NCBI GenBank assembly: GCA_973895155.1
Contig: OZ316891.1
Span: 20,162,169 to 20,226,168 of the forward strand
DNA from: Marsupella aquatica
Taxonomy: Eukaryota; Plantae; Marchantiophyta
Direction: 5' to 3'
DNA: 64,000 bases
Of the stretch, positions 53,664 through 64,000 are shown piece by piece. Under the pieces are notes generated by a model, which did not search any database, was not told the origin of the DNA, and worked only from the letters and a program-made list of their open reading frames with translations. Every line of letters starts with the position of its first letter. Within the stretch, counting starts at the first letter, position 1. The translations under genes and the position numbers were made by a program.

Positions 53664-55631
53664 CTACTGGTCCACATCAAGGGTCAAAGCTAGATCGGCA
53701 AGTGGGATTGGAACATCCTCTAGGGGAGCTAGCCGCTGCGGAGGCACACTAGCACCCACTGTAAGAGATCGACGATAGATGGCCCGAGCTTGAGCACGCT
53801 GCAAGGTGACTGAAATGCGTTGGCGAAAGTGCGTGGTCAAAATAGAAAGCGGGGGTCCGGTGGGACCCATGCGGCCATGAACATCCCGGGCAGCTTGCCG
53901 AAGAAGCCCATCAAACTGAGGATGAAGACGCCCAAATAGCTCCAAAGCAAGGGAGGAAGCTGTCGAATGAAGCTCGTGCAACATATTTGGCCTCCTTCGT
54001 TGTTGTCGCACGTGACGCTGCTGCCCCTGCCGTAGTTGCCGTTGTCCCAATGATGTCTTGGCGCAATGGGTTTGCCACCACTACATCTGCCAATGTACGT
54101 TGACCCTCACAGACCATGGTAAGATCCACCCGTAACCGCTGTGATGGAGGACCAGGTAACTCGAGTACCACCTCCCGCCGCACGCATACCAAAGAGCCAG
54201 AGAGAACCTGAGCAGTCGCATCTCGCACAGCGTCGTGAACAATAATGGTTTCATCTCCCAAACTACACCGAAGAAGATGGACACCTGTGGCATCACAAGG
54301 CTTCCCACAAGTGCAAGAAGGGGGTAAACCTGCAAGAAGTGGGTGGGGCAGCCCCATACGAAGACGCATGGCTGTGGAGAACTCCGTTGAAGACATCCGC
54401 AAATGAGGAATGACTGGATTGGGCTGAAGCCATCCACCTGCGCCCTTCCCTCCGGAAGAAAGAATCTGAGCTCGGTCCGTGTCAGGTGCCTCGGAGAGGA
54501 TGCTAGAAAGGGTGAGAGCGTGCATACGCCCAGCGAGGTCTGCCTGAAGACGAACGGGATCCAAGGATAAAAACTCCTGAAAAGAAGGTAACGCGGCGCG
54601 AACGGGATCTGGTAATGAGGACCGCGCTGCACCTCGGGGGGTTGACTATCAAAAATCTTAGGAACCACGTGCGATCCAAAATAGGTATTTTTGGCAGATT
54701 TTAACTAAATTTTTAAATAGCGTAGGAGGCAAAAGAAGGTAACTATTATAAACTCATGTTTATAGAATATTCTTTAATATATACCCTTTATAAAGTAAAA
54801 TAGGTTATTAATATTGAAAATAGAGAATATTCTTAGAATATTTTCTTTATAAAATAGGTCTATTTATATTAGGCTAGGATCGCACGTGGTATCCCAAAAT
54901 ATACACTTAGTTAACCCCCCGAGCGCTGCGCGCAAATGAACCTGAAACGGGAGGGAACCCTCCTCTACCTCCATGAGAGATGAAAGTAAAAAAGGGTGAT
55001 CGTCAATAAGAAAACGATCGACCAACAATGAGAAGGCGGCCGCCCACGCACCCAAAAAGGCCAAAGGTGCAAGGCTCTCAATGGAAGTAAGCCCAAAACC
55101 ACCTTGCAAAATAGGAAGACTGAGTTGTCGATGAAGCCACGGAGATGAGAGCAACGTACCCGGCCCCAAAAGAGAGGCCAGGGTCTGACGAATGGAGACA
55201 TCAAATGCTCGAAGGTGGAGACAAAGATCCTCGGTAGGGGGATGCGTCCTAGCCAAATAAGACGCACGAGGGTGGATGCACCTCAACAACATCCCAAATG
55301 CTGCCTGAGAATCTACTAACTTAGGGAGCATAGGAGTAGAGGCTAAGGCAGCCTGTAGAGAGTCAGCGATGAAAGAGGAGCAAAAGGAGGCGGTACCAAC
55401 TGGGGAGCCAAGGACCCGAAGACCATTGGCTGGACGTAAGAACCCTGGGGGAAGCACAAGATCAGAGGGTAACCCAGCTGGACTCCATGCACGACTCTTC
55501 ACACGCTGAACTCGTAAACTGAGGCCCATCAAATGGGTGGAAAGAGTGGTGAGGGCAGAAGTAACCGCGACAGGAGGACCAATGATGTGGGTGTCATCTG
55601 AAAGGGAGGGGAAGATACACTGGGGGTGGGC
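53664..55631 (-). mobile_element. CRE-like non-LTR retrotransposon with restriction-like endonuclease (3' part, disrupted)
   Basis: RT end SLSDDTHIIG, LRVLGSPVG, LSLPILQGGFGL, Zn-knuckle CTCG..CDATGVHLLRC..HDAVRD, RLE motifs RVDL..ADVVVANP..KEAKY, ALELFGRLHP. Broken by a MITE, a frameshift near 53950 and the LTR at 55632. Confidence 0.85.
54633..54923. mobile_element. MITE copy 2 inserted in the non-LTR element ORF
   Basis: Same TIRs and body as copy 1. TSD CGCTGCAC / CGCTGCGC (1 mismatch). Confidence 0.92.
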
Positions 55632-57350
55632 TGTCATATAGCCAAAAGAACAAAAAGGAACACTTTTTACATAAAGACTCGGAATACGATCCCTTTAAGA
55701 ACAGATTTGGAAAGAATTGAATGAATTTATCTCTCTGAGTAATCTAAAGCTTTCAGCACATAGATTTCTTGTTTCTCACTAAAAGATCAAATAAACAAAA
55801 CACCAAAGTAAATAAACTTCTGTCTTATGAGTCAAGAGAGAGTCAATTATGGTCTGAAAACTCTGATTAGCTATTGCCACTCCTTCAAAAAGGACTATGG
55901 TCTTAGAATAGACATAAAACAAGTCTCATAACTCACTAATTTCTCTCCTGACTAAATAAAATTGCATGATAAGGAATTTCCAATTTGCTAAACAAGTATT
56001 GCTCTGGTTACAAATGTAATGATATGACTTAAGATGCCGGCAACATGGTTTGACATCAGCGATACGCAATTCCGTCAAACACTAAATCATATTCCATAAA
56101 CAAAGTAACGGTACTGAATACTCTGAGAACCAAACTTTACTTCTCACATATCAAACAACAACTCTTGAATTAGCTAGCGAATCTTGACCCTTCAAGCAAG
56201 CCTAGCAGTGAATTCAATGTAAGTCACAGAAGTTTGTAACTGAATTCAAGTATCAAGAAATTTCTTGAATTCATAAATTCAAACATAAGTTTTACTTCCA
56301 TACAAGACTTTTCTTGTTAAAATGGAAGGAGGGAAACTAACAGAAGTCTGATTGGAATTGTCCCCCCTTCTTCCGAATGGAAAAACCATGAGGTTTTATA
56401 AGTAAAGGTTCCCTTAACTGAAAAGGCATGACTTTTCAAACCTCAAATATCTAAAAGACAATCCTAAAAGAAATAAAGAAATGCATTGGAGACTTAGTGG
56501 ACGCTTTGTAGAGCGTCGGTGCTTTCCGGTAAAACTAATAAACAGTGGTGTTAGTCTAATTTTAACTTCTAAACTAAAAGTCGGAATGAGCTGAGACTTT
56601 TCTAGAGTACTCTACTACATATAATCTCTATGCTGGTAAAGTTTCAGACTTTTCTGAGGTCTCTAAGTGCCTCAAATAAATCGGTGAAAGTGGCACGGTG
56701 TTATAAAAGTGCGAAAGCTGAAAATTTTTCTAAGTGTCGGGAACATAGTGGACGCTTCAGAAAGCGTCCAAAACTACAAAGGACTTTTGTGGACGCTTTA
56801 GAAAGCGTCGGCTGAATTTTGAGGTTTTGGTCGCAGCGTCCGTCTTCTGGGCTCCGGGCGGGACGCTTCAGAAAGCGGCGAAGTCTGTCTTGGCGGACGC
56901 TTCAGAAAGCGTCGATTCTGCTTTGTCTTCGAACACGGTCGGACGCTTCAGAAGGCGTCACTTCTCATGTGGACGCTTCAGAAAGCGTCTCATCGGACTT
57001 TGGGGTTAGCGGACGCTTCAGAAAGCGTCTTAAAGCGTCCGGTGTCTGGTTCGAATAGACGTTTCACGAAGCGTCTTCTGTTCCGTGGTATCGGTGAAGG
57101 ACGGCTCAAAAAGCGTCGTGGTTAAGGGGGTCGCATCTGGTTGGCAGCACACATGGACGCCTCAGCTGTCTTGAGGTTTATTGGCTTTGTAACTGGGGAC
57201 GCTTCAGAAAGCGTCCTTAGTTAGACTGAAGTGAGTTAACCGCCAAATGGAAAGTAGACGCTTCAGAAAGCGTCGTTTTTGCTCAAAAAGTTTGAAACGA
57301 TTCAGATTTTTCTCTTATGGTCGTGTTTCAGCAAAAGTCTCCTTTCCACA
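55632..57350 (-). mobile_element. 3' LTR (about 1.72 kb) of the Ty3/Gypsy element
   Basis: On the minus strand it starts TGTGG (57350) directly after PPT TTTGAGTGGAGGGCTA and ends ..TGACA (55632), exactly where the non-LTR ORF is cut. TATA-like TATAAAA at 56394-56400 (-). The 5' LTR is outside the window, so the boundaries are not cross-checked. Confidence 0.75.
56499..57274. repeat. Array of about 12 palindromic 18-bp motifs GACGCTTCAGAAAGCGTC in LTR U3
   Basis: Copies start at about 56499, 56750, 56791, 56861, 56895, 56941, 56971, 57011, 57057, 57099, 57197 and 57256, with unique intervening sequence. Confidence 0.95.
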
Positions 57351-57451
57351 TAGCCCTCCACTCAAAATTCGCTGTGTCCGCACAAGAAGTGAAATAATAT
57401 ATTTGATCAGGCACTTCTGAAGTGGCTCTTTAATGATGCGGAGTTGTAAAA

Positions 57452-59885
57452 TTACATTGGAGGCCAAGGGTCGAGTAGAGGCAATCGAGCAAGTCCTCTG
57501 ATAGCGTGGGAGTCTTGAGTGCGAGAAGAGGAATGTAGTTGGAGTCTCTGTAGCTGTTCTCTGAGTTTAAGCAAATCCTTCTCATACTTATACTGAATTG
57601 CATATCCGTCATGAGCAACCCAGACATAGTAACGATAAGGCCATGGATGTTCTGGAGGTATAGGAGGAAAAGGACAAAGGGTTCTTCGAAGGGTATACAC
57701 CCAACACCATATTTCATACTCAGAGAATTTATGTCTCCTGTCCTTATCTATAGGTGGAACAACTTTAGGAAATTTATACGTAGGAATCAAAGTACGAATG
57801 CCTGGAGGACATAATCCTGGCAAAACCTGTTGTTGCTGTCTGATACTCTCTACTTCCAAATGCCTGAAAGCCATATGGTAGTCTTTCTTGGTCCAAGAAT
57901 TAATAGAAGTAAGATTGGGGATAGGAATAGGAGGTGGTAACTCAACCGATCTCCCTAATTTTGGTGGAATTCGAATAATTCGAGGATCTGCCTCATCCTC
58001 ACTGCCATCACTTGGCGCACCTATCCATCGAAAAATAACCCCTGGAGTATTGGAAGGAATCACAGATTCCTTAGCAGGAGGACAAGGTGAAGTCTCAGGA
58101 GACAAAGGTGCAATAGTAGGCTGTACTAGCTCTGGAATTGCCCTATCTCCTCGACCTGCACTGGGTGGTTCGTTTTCTAGCCGTAACTCCTCTGAGTAGG
58201 CAGCTACCTGCTCTGAATCGTTATATGGTTCCTGCTCATGGCCATACTGCTCTTGTACCTCAATCTGAGCCTCCACAAAATCTGTAGCAGCATGTAATTC
58301 CACCGAATCTCGAGCTTTCCGTAACCTTTTCCATGGTCGACGCCTATAAGTAACTGGATACTCATCTCGGGCTCGAGGTGGAGAAGCTGTAAGTGGCGCG
58401 TCCAGAGAAGCATATCTCTCAAAATCGTTTGGAGCTGATATGTGCTGAGGTGATGCCCCAGGACTCTGTTCCGAACTATCATAGCCCATTGGTATTGTGG
58501 GTAACCGGGAGATTTGACTTAATCTCTCAGCTAAGTCTTCCGAAATGTCCAATGGTACCGCCACCATACTACTACCTTCCTGCTGACTTGAATCATCTCG
58601 TTCAGATCTTCGCAAAAAGGAGACATCCTCCTCATCATCAATCTCTACAATTGCATTCTCACCATCACTTCTTGAAACATCAAAACCTGGTATTCCTAAA
58701 GGTTGAATGTCTTGGGGAAAACCAAGGACATCCTGTAAGGGTGGCTGTGGACTCCCATTGGAGTATTCATCCGATTGGTAATCCTGTAATGAAGCCAAAG
58801 CGTCCGGTCCTTCTGCAGCTAGAGATGGGGATAAACTTGGTAACTCATTCAAAACTACATTTTCTGCAAAAGAAGGTAAAACTGAACCTTCACCTGGTGA
58901 TTCCGCAACTGTCTCTGGTTCCTGAATAGCTTCTTCCGGGTTACGCAGAGGGATGGGACTCCCACATTGTGAACTGAGCTGGGCCTCGTGCATCAATTCG
59001 GCTTCAATATCATGCGAAAGTCGGTCAGCTAGCTCCTCGTCAACTGTAGGAGTGTCCTCCTCTGGAATTTGAGTGGCCTGCTCATGTGCTTCAACCAAAT
59101 TTTGGACATTTGGTAACAACTCAGCCTCTTCGCAGTCTAATAAAGTACACAATGCAATCAGAGTATCCTGAGGATTGTTGAGTGGCTCATCCGATCGACA
59201 ACTCACGTCCATTCGCACCTTAGTCCTCAAATTTTGATAAATCCTTTTCTCTGTCGGTAACAGGCATCACTTCTTGTAATAAATATGCGCGAAGTAGGGT
59301 GTCATTTGCACCTTCCTCAGCTTCCTTGCTCTGACTCGACTTCGAAAATTCTTCACCTGCGCATGGATCACTCTATGTAGGATTTGAGTCCAATTGATGG
59401 TCTTCCTCTGTTCCACAGAAAAAAATCACAGTGGCCGCAAACGACAAGGTAATACGCGTTTGACTCTCAGGATGAAAAATAGGGGAGAGGAACCGAAATA
59501 AATGCTGCAATCGCGCTTCTATGCAATCTGCCGCCACCCAGCCATTCCGCCTCTTGAATGTTCCCGGATAAAACAGAGATTCAACGTAAGCCCTAGGTTT
59601 GCCTTCTACTTTTTGTAATCCTTCGCCTACGCTTGGAGTCAAATAAACTGATGAGATGAGCTCCTCATTCCAATTGCTTGGCCTCGCGCGTATCTCCGGT
59701 CCTTCCTCTCCGTCCCATTCGCCCCGATCGATCAAGCTGAATTCACAAATACTCCAAGGAAACTTTAGGAGATTCTTCAAGCCCATAGTCGTCAAATCCT
59801 CTCGTAGTCGCCTTCGATCATCTATTCCTAATGGAATCACAACAACTATCGGACGCGCAGTGACTTCTAGCTCCGATTCCGCCAT
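57452..59885 (-). pseudogene. Accessory ORF of the Gypsy element (about 810 aa reconstructed, unknown function), mildly disrupted
   Basis: 59885-59373 joins 59230-57452 after removing one T from a T7 run near 59420 and passing one TGA near 59268 (…VIFSVEQRKTINWTQILHRV…TPYFAHIYYKK*CLLPTEKRIYQNLRTKV…). Confidence 0.75.
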
Positions 59886-60081
59886 CGCTCAGTCAGCAAT
59901 CTCTTCTGGCGCAGCTCCACTCTTCCCTCAATCAGGGTCGCCACCTCCTCTATATCAATCATCGGTAATGAGCGCTACTAAACTTGGTTTCAAAAACCAC
60001 TCGTTGTTTCTCTTCTTCGACCCATTAGACGTCACAATCCCTCGCCGTACTTGAGATCATTCCAAAATTTCAACTTGTGCT

Positions 60082-60269
60082 GGACGCTTCAGAAAGCGAC
60101 CCAAATCCGGACGGAAATCCTGAGTCAGCAAGTTGACGCCTCCGAAGTGCATCTCCTGGACGCTTCAGAAAGCGTCGTCTACTGGTCGTGGAGCGGACGC
60201 CTCAGAAAGCGTCCCATCGGTCCCGCTTCGCGAAATCAGTCCACAATGCTGGACACTTCAGAAAGCGTC
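60082..60269. repeat. Second array of the same 18-bp palindrome upstream of the accessory ORF
   Basis: Copies at about 60082, 60158, 60195 and 60251, plus degenerate ones near 60134 and 60220. Confidence 0.92.
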
Positions 60270-60389
60270 TCAAAAAAAATAATTTTAAAAAATTTTCCAA
60301 ACATAATCTTTTAATCTACTATTCTAAGCCCTTCCATACTAGTATTTCTTACAGATATAAAATATACCTATCCCAGCCCTCCACTCAAA

Positions 60390-63300
60390 CTACGACATGT
60401 CCTCATGCGCGGAATAGAAGTGATAGGGCTTTAATCTAAAGCCATTAATTCTAGTGTCTAAGGGGGATCCATCTAAAGTGGTTAAGGATACGGAACCATT
60501 AGGCCATATGTTCTGAATTCGATAAGGGCCGATCCAATGGGTATGTAATTTACCCGGAAAAAGCATGTAGCGGGAATCAAAAACTAACACTAAATCATTA
60601 TTAGCTAGCTTAACCTGTTTAAGCTTTTTATCATAAGAGTGTTTCCGGTTTGCTTGGACTACAGCAGTATGTTCTAAGGCTAAAAGTCTATTTTCTTCTA
60701 ATTTCATAATATCAACAAACCGACTCTCGATACTTGCTTCAGGGGTGAATCTCTCAGGAATAAGTAAGCGCTCAGTAGGAATGGAAAACTCAATAGGGAT
60801 AATACTATCAACCCCATAAGTTAAATAAAATGGGGTTCTAAGGGTGGTAATCTTTTCAGCAGTACGGTAAGCCCAAAGCGCAGAGTGCAATTTTACATCC
60901 CAGTCAGTCTTGTGAGATTCCACCATCTTATTCAGAATCTTGCCCATAATGCCATTAGCTCTCTCCGTTAAGCCATTAGCTCGGGGGTTGTAAGGAGTAG
61001 TTTTGCGATGCTTGATAAGATATATGTCAGTAATTAACTCAATAGTTGAGTTAAGAAAATGTAGACCCCTATCGCTGACCAACTCCAAAGGACACCCGAA
61101 CCGAGTAATAATATGCTCAAAGAGAAAAGCAGCCGCTGTTGTAGCATCATTCTTGCGAGTGGCTTTAGCCTCCACCCATTTGGTGGCATAATCAGTGGCC
61201 AGAATAATGTATTTGCTACGACTTTTCCTAGCGGCTGGTGAAATTGGGCCTACAAAATCAATACCCCATTTCTCAAAGGGGGCCAAAGGAAGGATGGGAG
61301 TGAGTGGCCATTTAGAAGATGCAGTGGGTTTGCCTACTCGTTGGCATGGATCACAGGTTTTAATAAAATTGTAGGTGTCCTTGTGCATTGTGGGCCACCA
61401 ATATCCGGCATCTTGAATTTTCTTAACAGTGGTGGTAACTGCATAGTGTCCGCCTGTCTCACCAGAATGTAAGGCTGCAATTACCTGTGGAATTTCTCTC
61501 ATCTCAAGGCAACGCCGTAACCTTTGATCAGGGCCTTGCTTAAATAAGGTGCCTTTGATAATTGTATAAGGACCTACCTTATGTGCAAAAACAGCCCTCT
61601 CCTCTGCATTAAGTCCTTCTGGAAAGACCCCATACAGCAACATCTTCACAATATCAAAATATTTTGAGGACTCGCCTTCAATGTGCCAAAGGTGCTCATC
61701 CGGAAAGTCGTCAGACAGGTTGTGGTCATTCTCTGTACCTGGAAGTCTAGACAAGAAGTCGGCATTCTCATGGTGTTTCCCTGGACGGACTTGCACCTCG
61801 TAATCAAATTCCTGAAGCAGGAGGACCCATCTAGCCACCCTCCCCGACAGGTCAACTTGATTAACCAGGTATTTCAAAGAATGATGGTCCGTGTGAAAGA
61901 TGATCTGATATCCAAGAAGATAATGACGAAACTTTTTGCAGGCAAAAACAATGGCTAAGGCTTCTCTTTCGGTAACTGTATAGTTTTTCTCAGCAGCACT
62001 CATCTGCCTACTGGCATAATAAATGGGATGATCCCTATTGTCGTCATCCTTTTGACTCAAGTTAGCTCCGATGCAGAAGGCAGATGAGTCAATGAAAACA
62101 TGAAACTTCCTACTCCAATCTGGTGGGGAGAGAATGGGCGCAGTCACAAGGCGGTCCTTTAGCGTTTGAAAAGCTTGCTGTCTTTCTTCATTCCAAACAT
62201 AAGGTTCATTTTGTTTGAGCAATTTGGTCAGAGGCATAGCAATATCAGCATGTTTATGAATGAATCTGCGATAATACCCGACATGCCCTAAGAAGGCACG
62301 GAGTTGCTTCAAATCCGTCGGAGGTTGAAGTTCCACGATCACCCGGACCTTTTCTTTGTCCACCTCTATGCCACGCTGAGAAATGACATGGCCGAGCAAG
62401 ATACCTTCCTGCATTCCGATGAAGCACTTCTCGGGGTGTAAGCACAATTGAGCTTCCCGACACTTCTGGAAAGTCTTATCGAGGTGCATTAAATGGTCAG
62501 CCGCCGATCCATACACACAGAAATCATCGATGAAGATCTCCATGAAGTGCCGAAGGTACTCCTGAAAAATAATCATCATGATACGCTGAAAAGTGCCTGG
62601 GGCATTACACAACCCAAATGGCATCATTGCATACGCATATGTACCCCAATCTGTTGTGAACGTGGTCTTGTCCCGATCCTCCTTTCGAATGGAAACCTGG
62701 TTGTACCCAGAGTATCCGTCCAGAAAAGTATACAACTCATGCAATGCGACCTGATCAAGCACTAGATCTATGAAGGGTAAGGGATAATGGTCCTTCCTGG
62801 TGGCTGCATTCAATTTCCGATAGTCCTGACACACGCGGATTTTTGTCTTTCCATCAGGTCCCGCCTTCTTGGGTACAATGACAATGGGGGATACCCATTC
62901 ACTACTCAAGACGGGGTAGATGAAACCAGCAGCAGTCAACTTATCCAGCTCCTCCTTCACAAGGACAGAGTACTTGGGGTTCAAACGGTACTGCCTTTGA
63001 CGGACTGGCACTGCCCCTTCCATCAAGTCTATCCGATGCTCTCCCAGATGAGGGTGGATGCCCTTCAAATCTGAATGACTCCATGCAAAAACATCCTTGT
63101 ACTGGGTCAACAATTTAATGTACAAGTCCCGCAACTCACCCTGGATATGCTTTCCTATATTAAGGAACTTGCCAGGTTCAATCTCAACTTTTTGACAAGC
63201 CTTAGGGTCCACTATACCATCCGTTAGGCCTGCTGGCCTAAGCTCCAAATCACCAACATCAGACTCACTGATTTCCGGAGAGGGAGGGTGTCTTCCATTA

Positions 63301-64000
63301 CCGGAGGATACGCCATGCATTTGCTGATCTGAGAATTGTTTCCCTGTATCATGGCCGACTCCTTGTAAGTTTGCTTTCTCCCCTTCCGGTGGAAATTGTC
63401 AAAAAGGGTCCTCATAAGCTAATCCAGTCTCCACAACTGGATCAGATAGGTAAACCTCCAAATAGCGTACCTCCTCCAACTCAAACTCCAATGGCTCCAG
63501 AATCAGGTTGGAATCCGAAAAGTCTGACGTATACCCGTCGTCAGTTTGCGTCTCGCCCTTATGATCCTCAGTAGCCCAACTCACCACCACCTTGGGTTTA
63601 CCAAAAGACATCTCTTGAGCTTTCCAATTTACCTGCACTTGGGCTTTATACAACCAGGGGCGGCCTAACAAGACTGGAAAGCTGGAAGGTACCTCTGGAC
63701 TTATTATCACATATTCCAAAGTAAATGGAACACCAGCAATCAGAGTATCTACCTTACTTAATTTTCCCGCGGGAACAACTCGAGATTGGTCCGCCATGCG
63801 CAGGATCTTGGGTGTTGGTTCAAACTTAGTAAATCCAAGATTAAATGCAGTTTGCTGAGTCATGAGGTTGACGCTGGAACCACCATCCACTGGTACTCTC
63901 CTCACAACACATCCTTGAATTTGTACATCCAGCTCTGGTGGTCCCTTATCCTCCCATTCCAAACGTAATACATCCACCTCTGGCAACTTACGCCGCCTTC
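60390..64000 (-). mobile_element. Ty3/Gypsy pol (PR-RT-RNaseH-IN), non-chromovirus (Athila/Phygy-like); runs off the window
   Basis: PR VPVDGGSSVNLM. RT FLDGYSGYNQV, MPFGLCNAP, IFIDDF. RH FIDSS..ADFLSRL. IN H..GGH..CDPC, WGIDFVGP, SDRG, ANGLTER, GPY motif. RT-RH-IN order, no chromodomain, no extra RNase H. One in-frame TGA at 63399-63401. Confidence 0.95.

Noticed and set aside
56499-57274. CRISPR array interpretation of the palindromic repeats
   Set aside because: Repeats are only 18-19 bp, spacer lengths are irregular (about 11 to over 200 bp), there are no cas genes, and the array sits inside a eukaryotic LTR.

Overview
Eukaryotic, intron-rich land-plant DNA, probably a bryophyte or liverwort (inference from gene style and TE families, not verified). 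Host genes: an intronless F-box/kelch gene (-), mitochondrial FtsH4/YME1-type protease (+, 8 exons), SPT6/SPT6L with a long Trp/Gly/Ser tail (+), an intronless and slightly aberrant RPB12/NRPB12 (+), a 14-exon secreted KP-43/TagC-like subtilase (+) and LUC7 (-). The right 12 kb is a TE nest. A CRE-like RLE non-LTR retrotransposon is split by a MITE and interrupted by a non-chromovirus Ty3/Gypsy element. The Gypsy carries a large accessory ORF between pol and the 3' LTR, bracketed by two identical PPT-like 15-mers. An 18-bp CpG palindrome (GACGCTTCAGAAAGCGTC) is arrayed both in the LTR U3 and in front of the accessory gene. This is the best candidate for an undescribed system: a TE-encoded factor plus a cognate binding-site array. 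All exon coordinates were read by eye from GT/AG sites and frame continuity.
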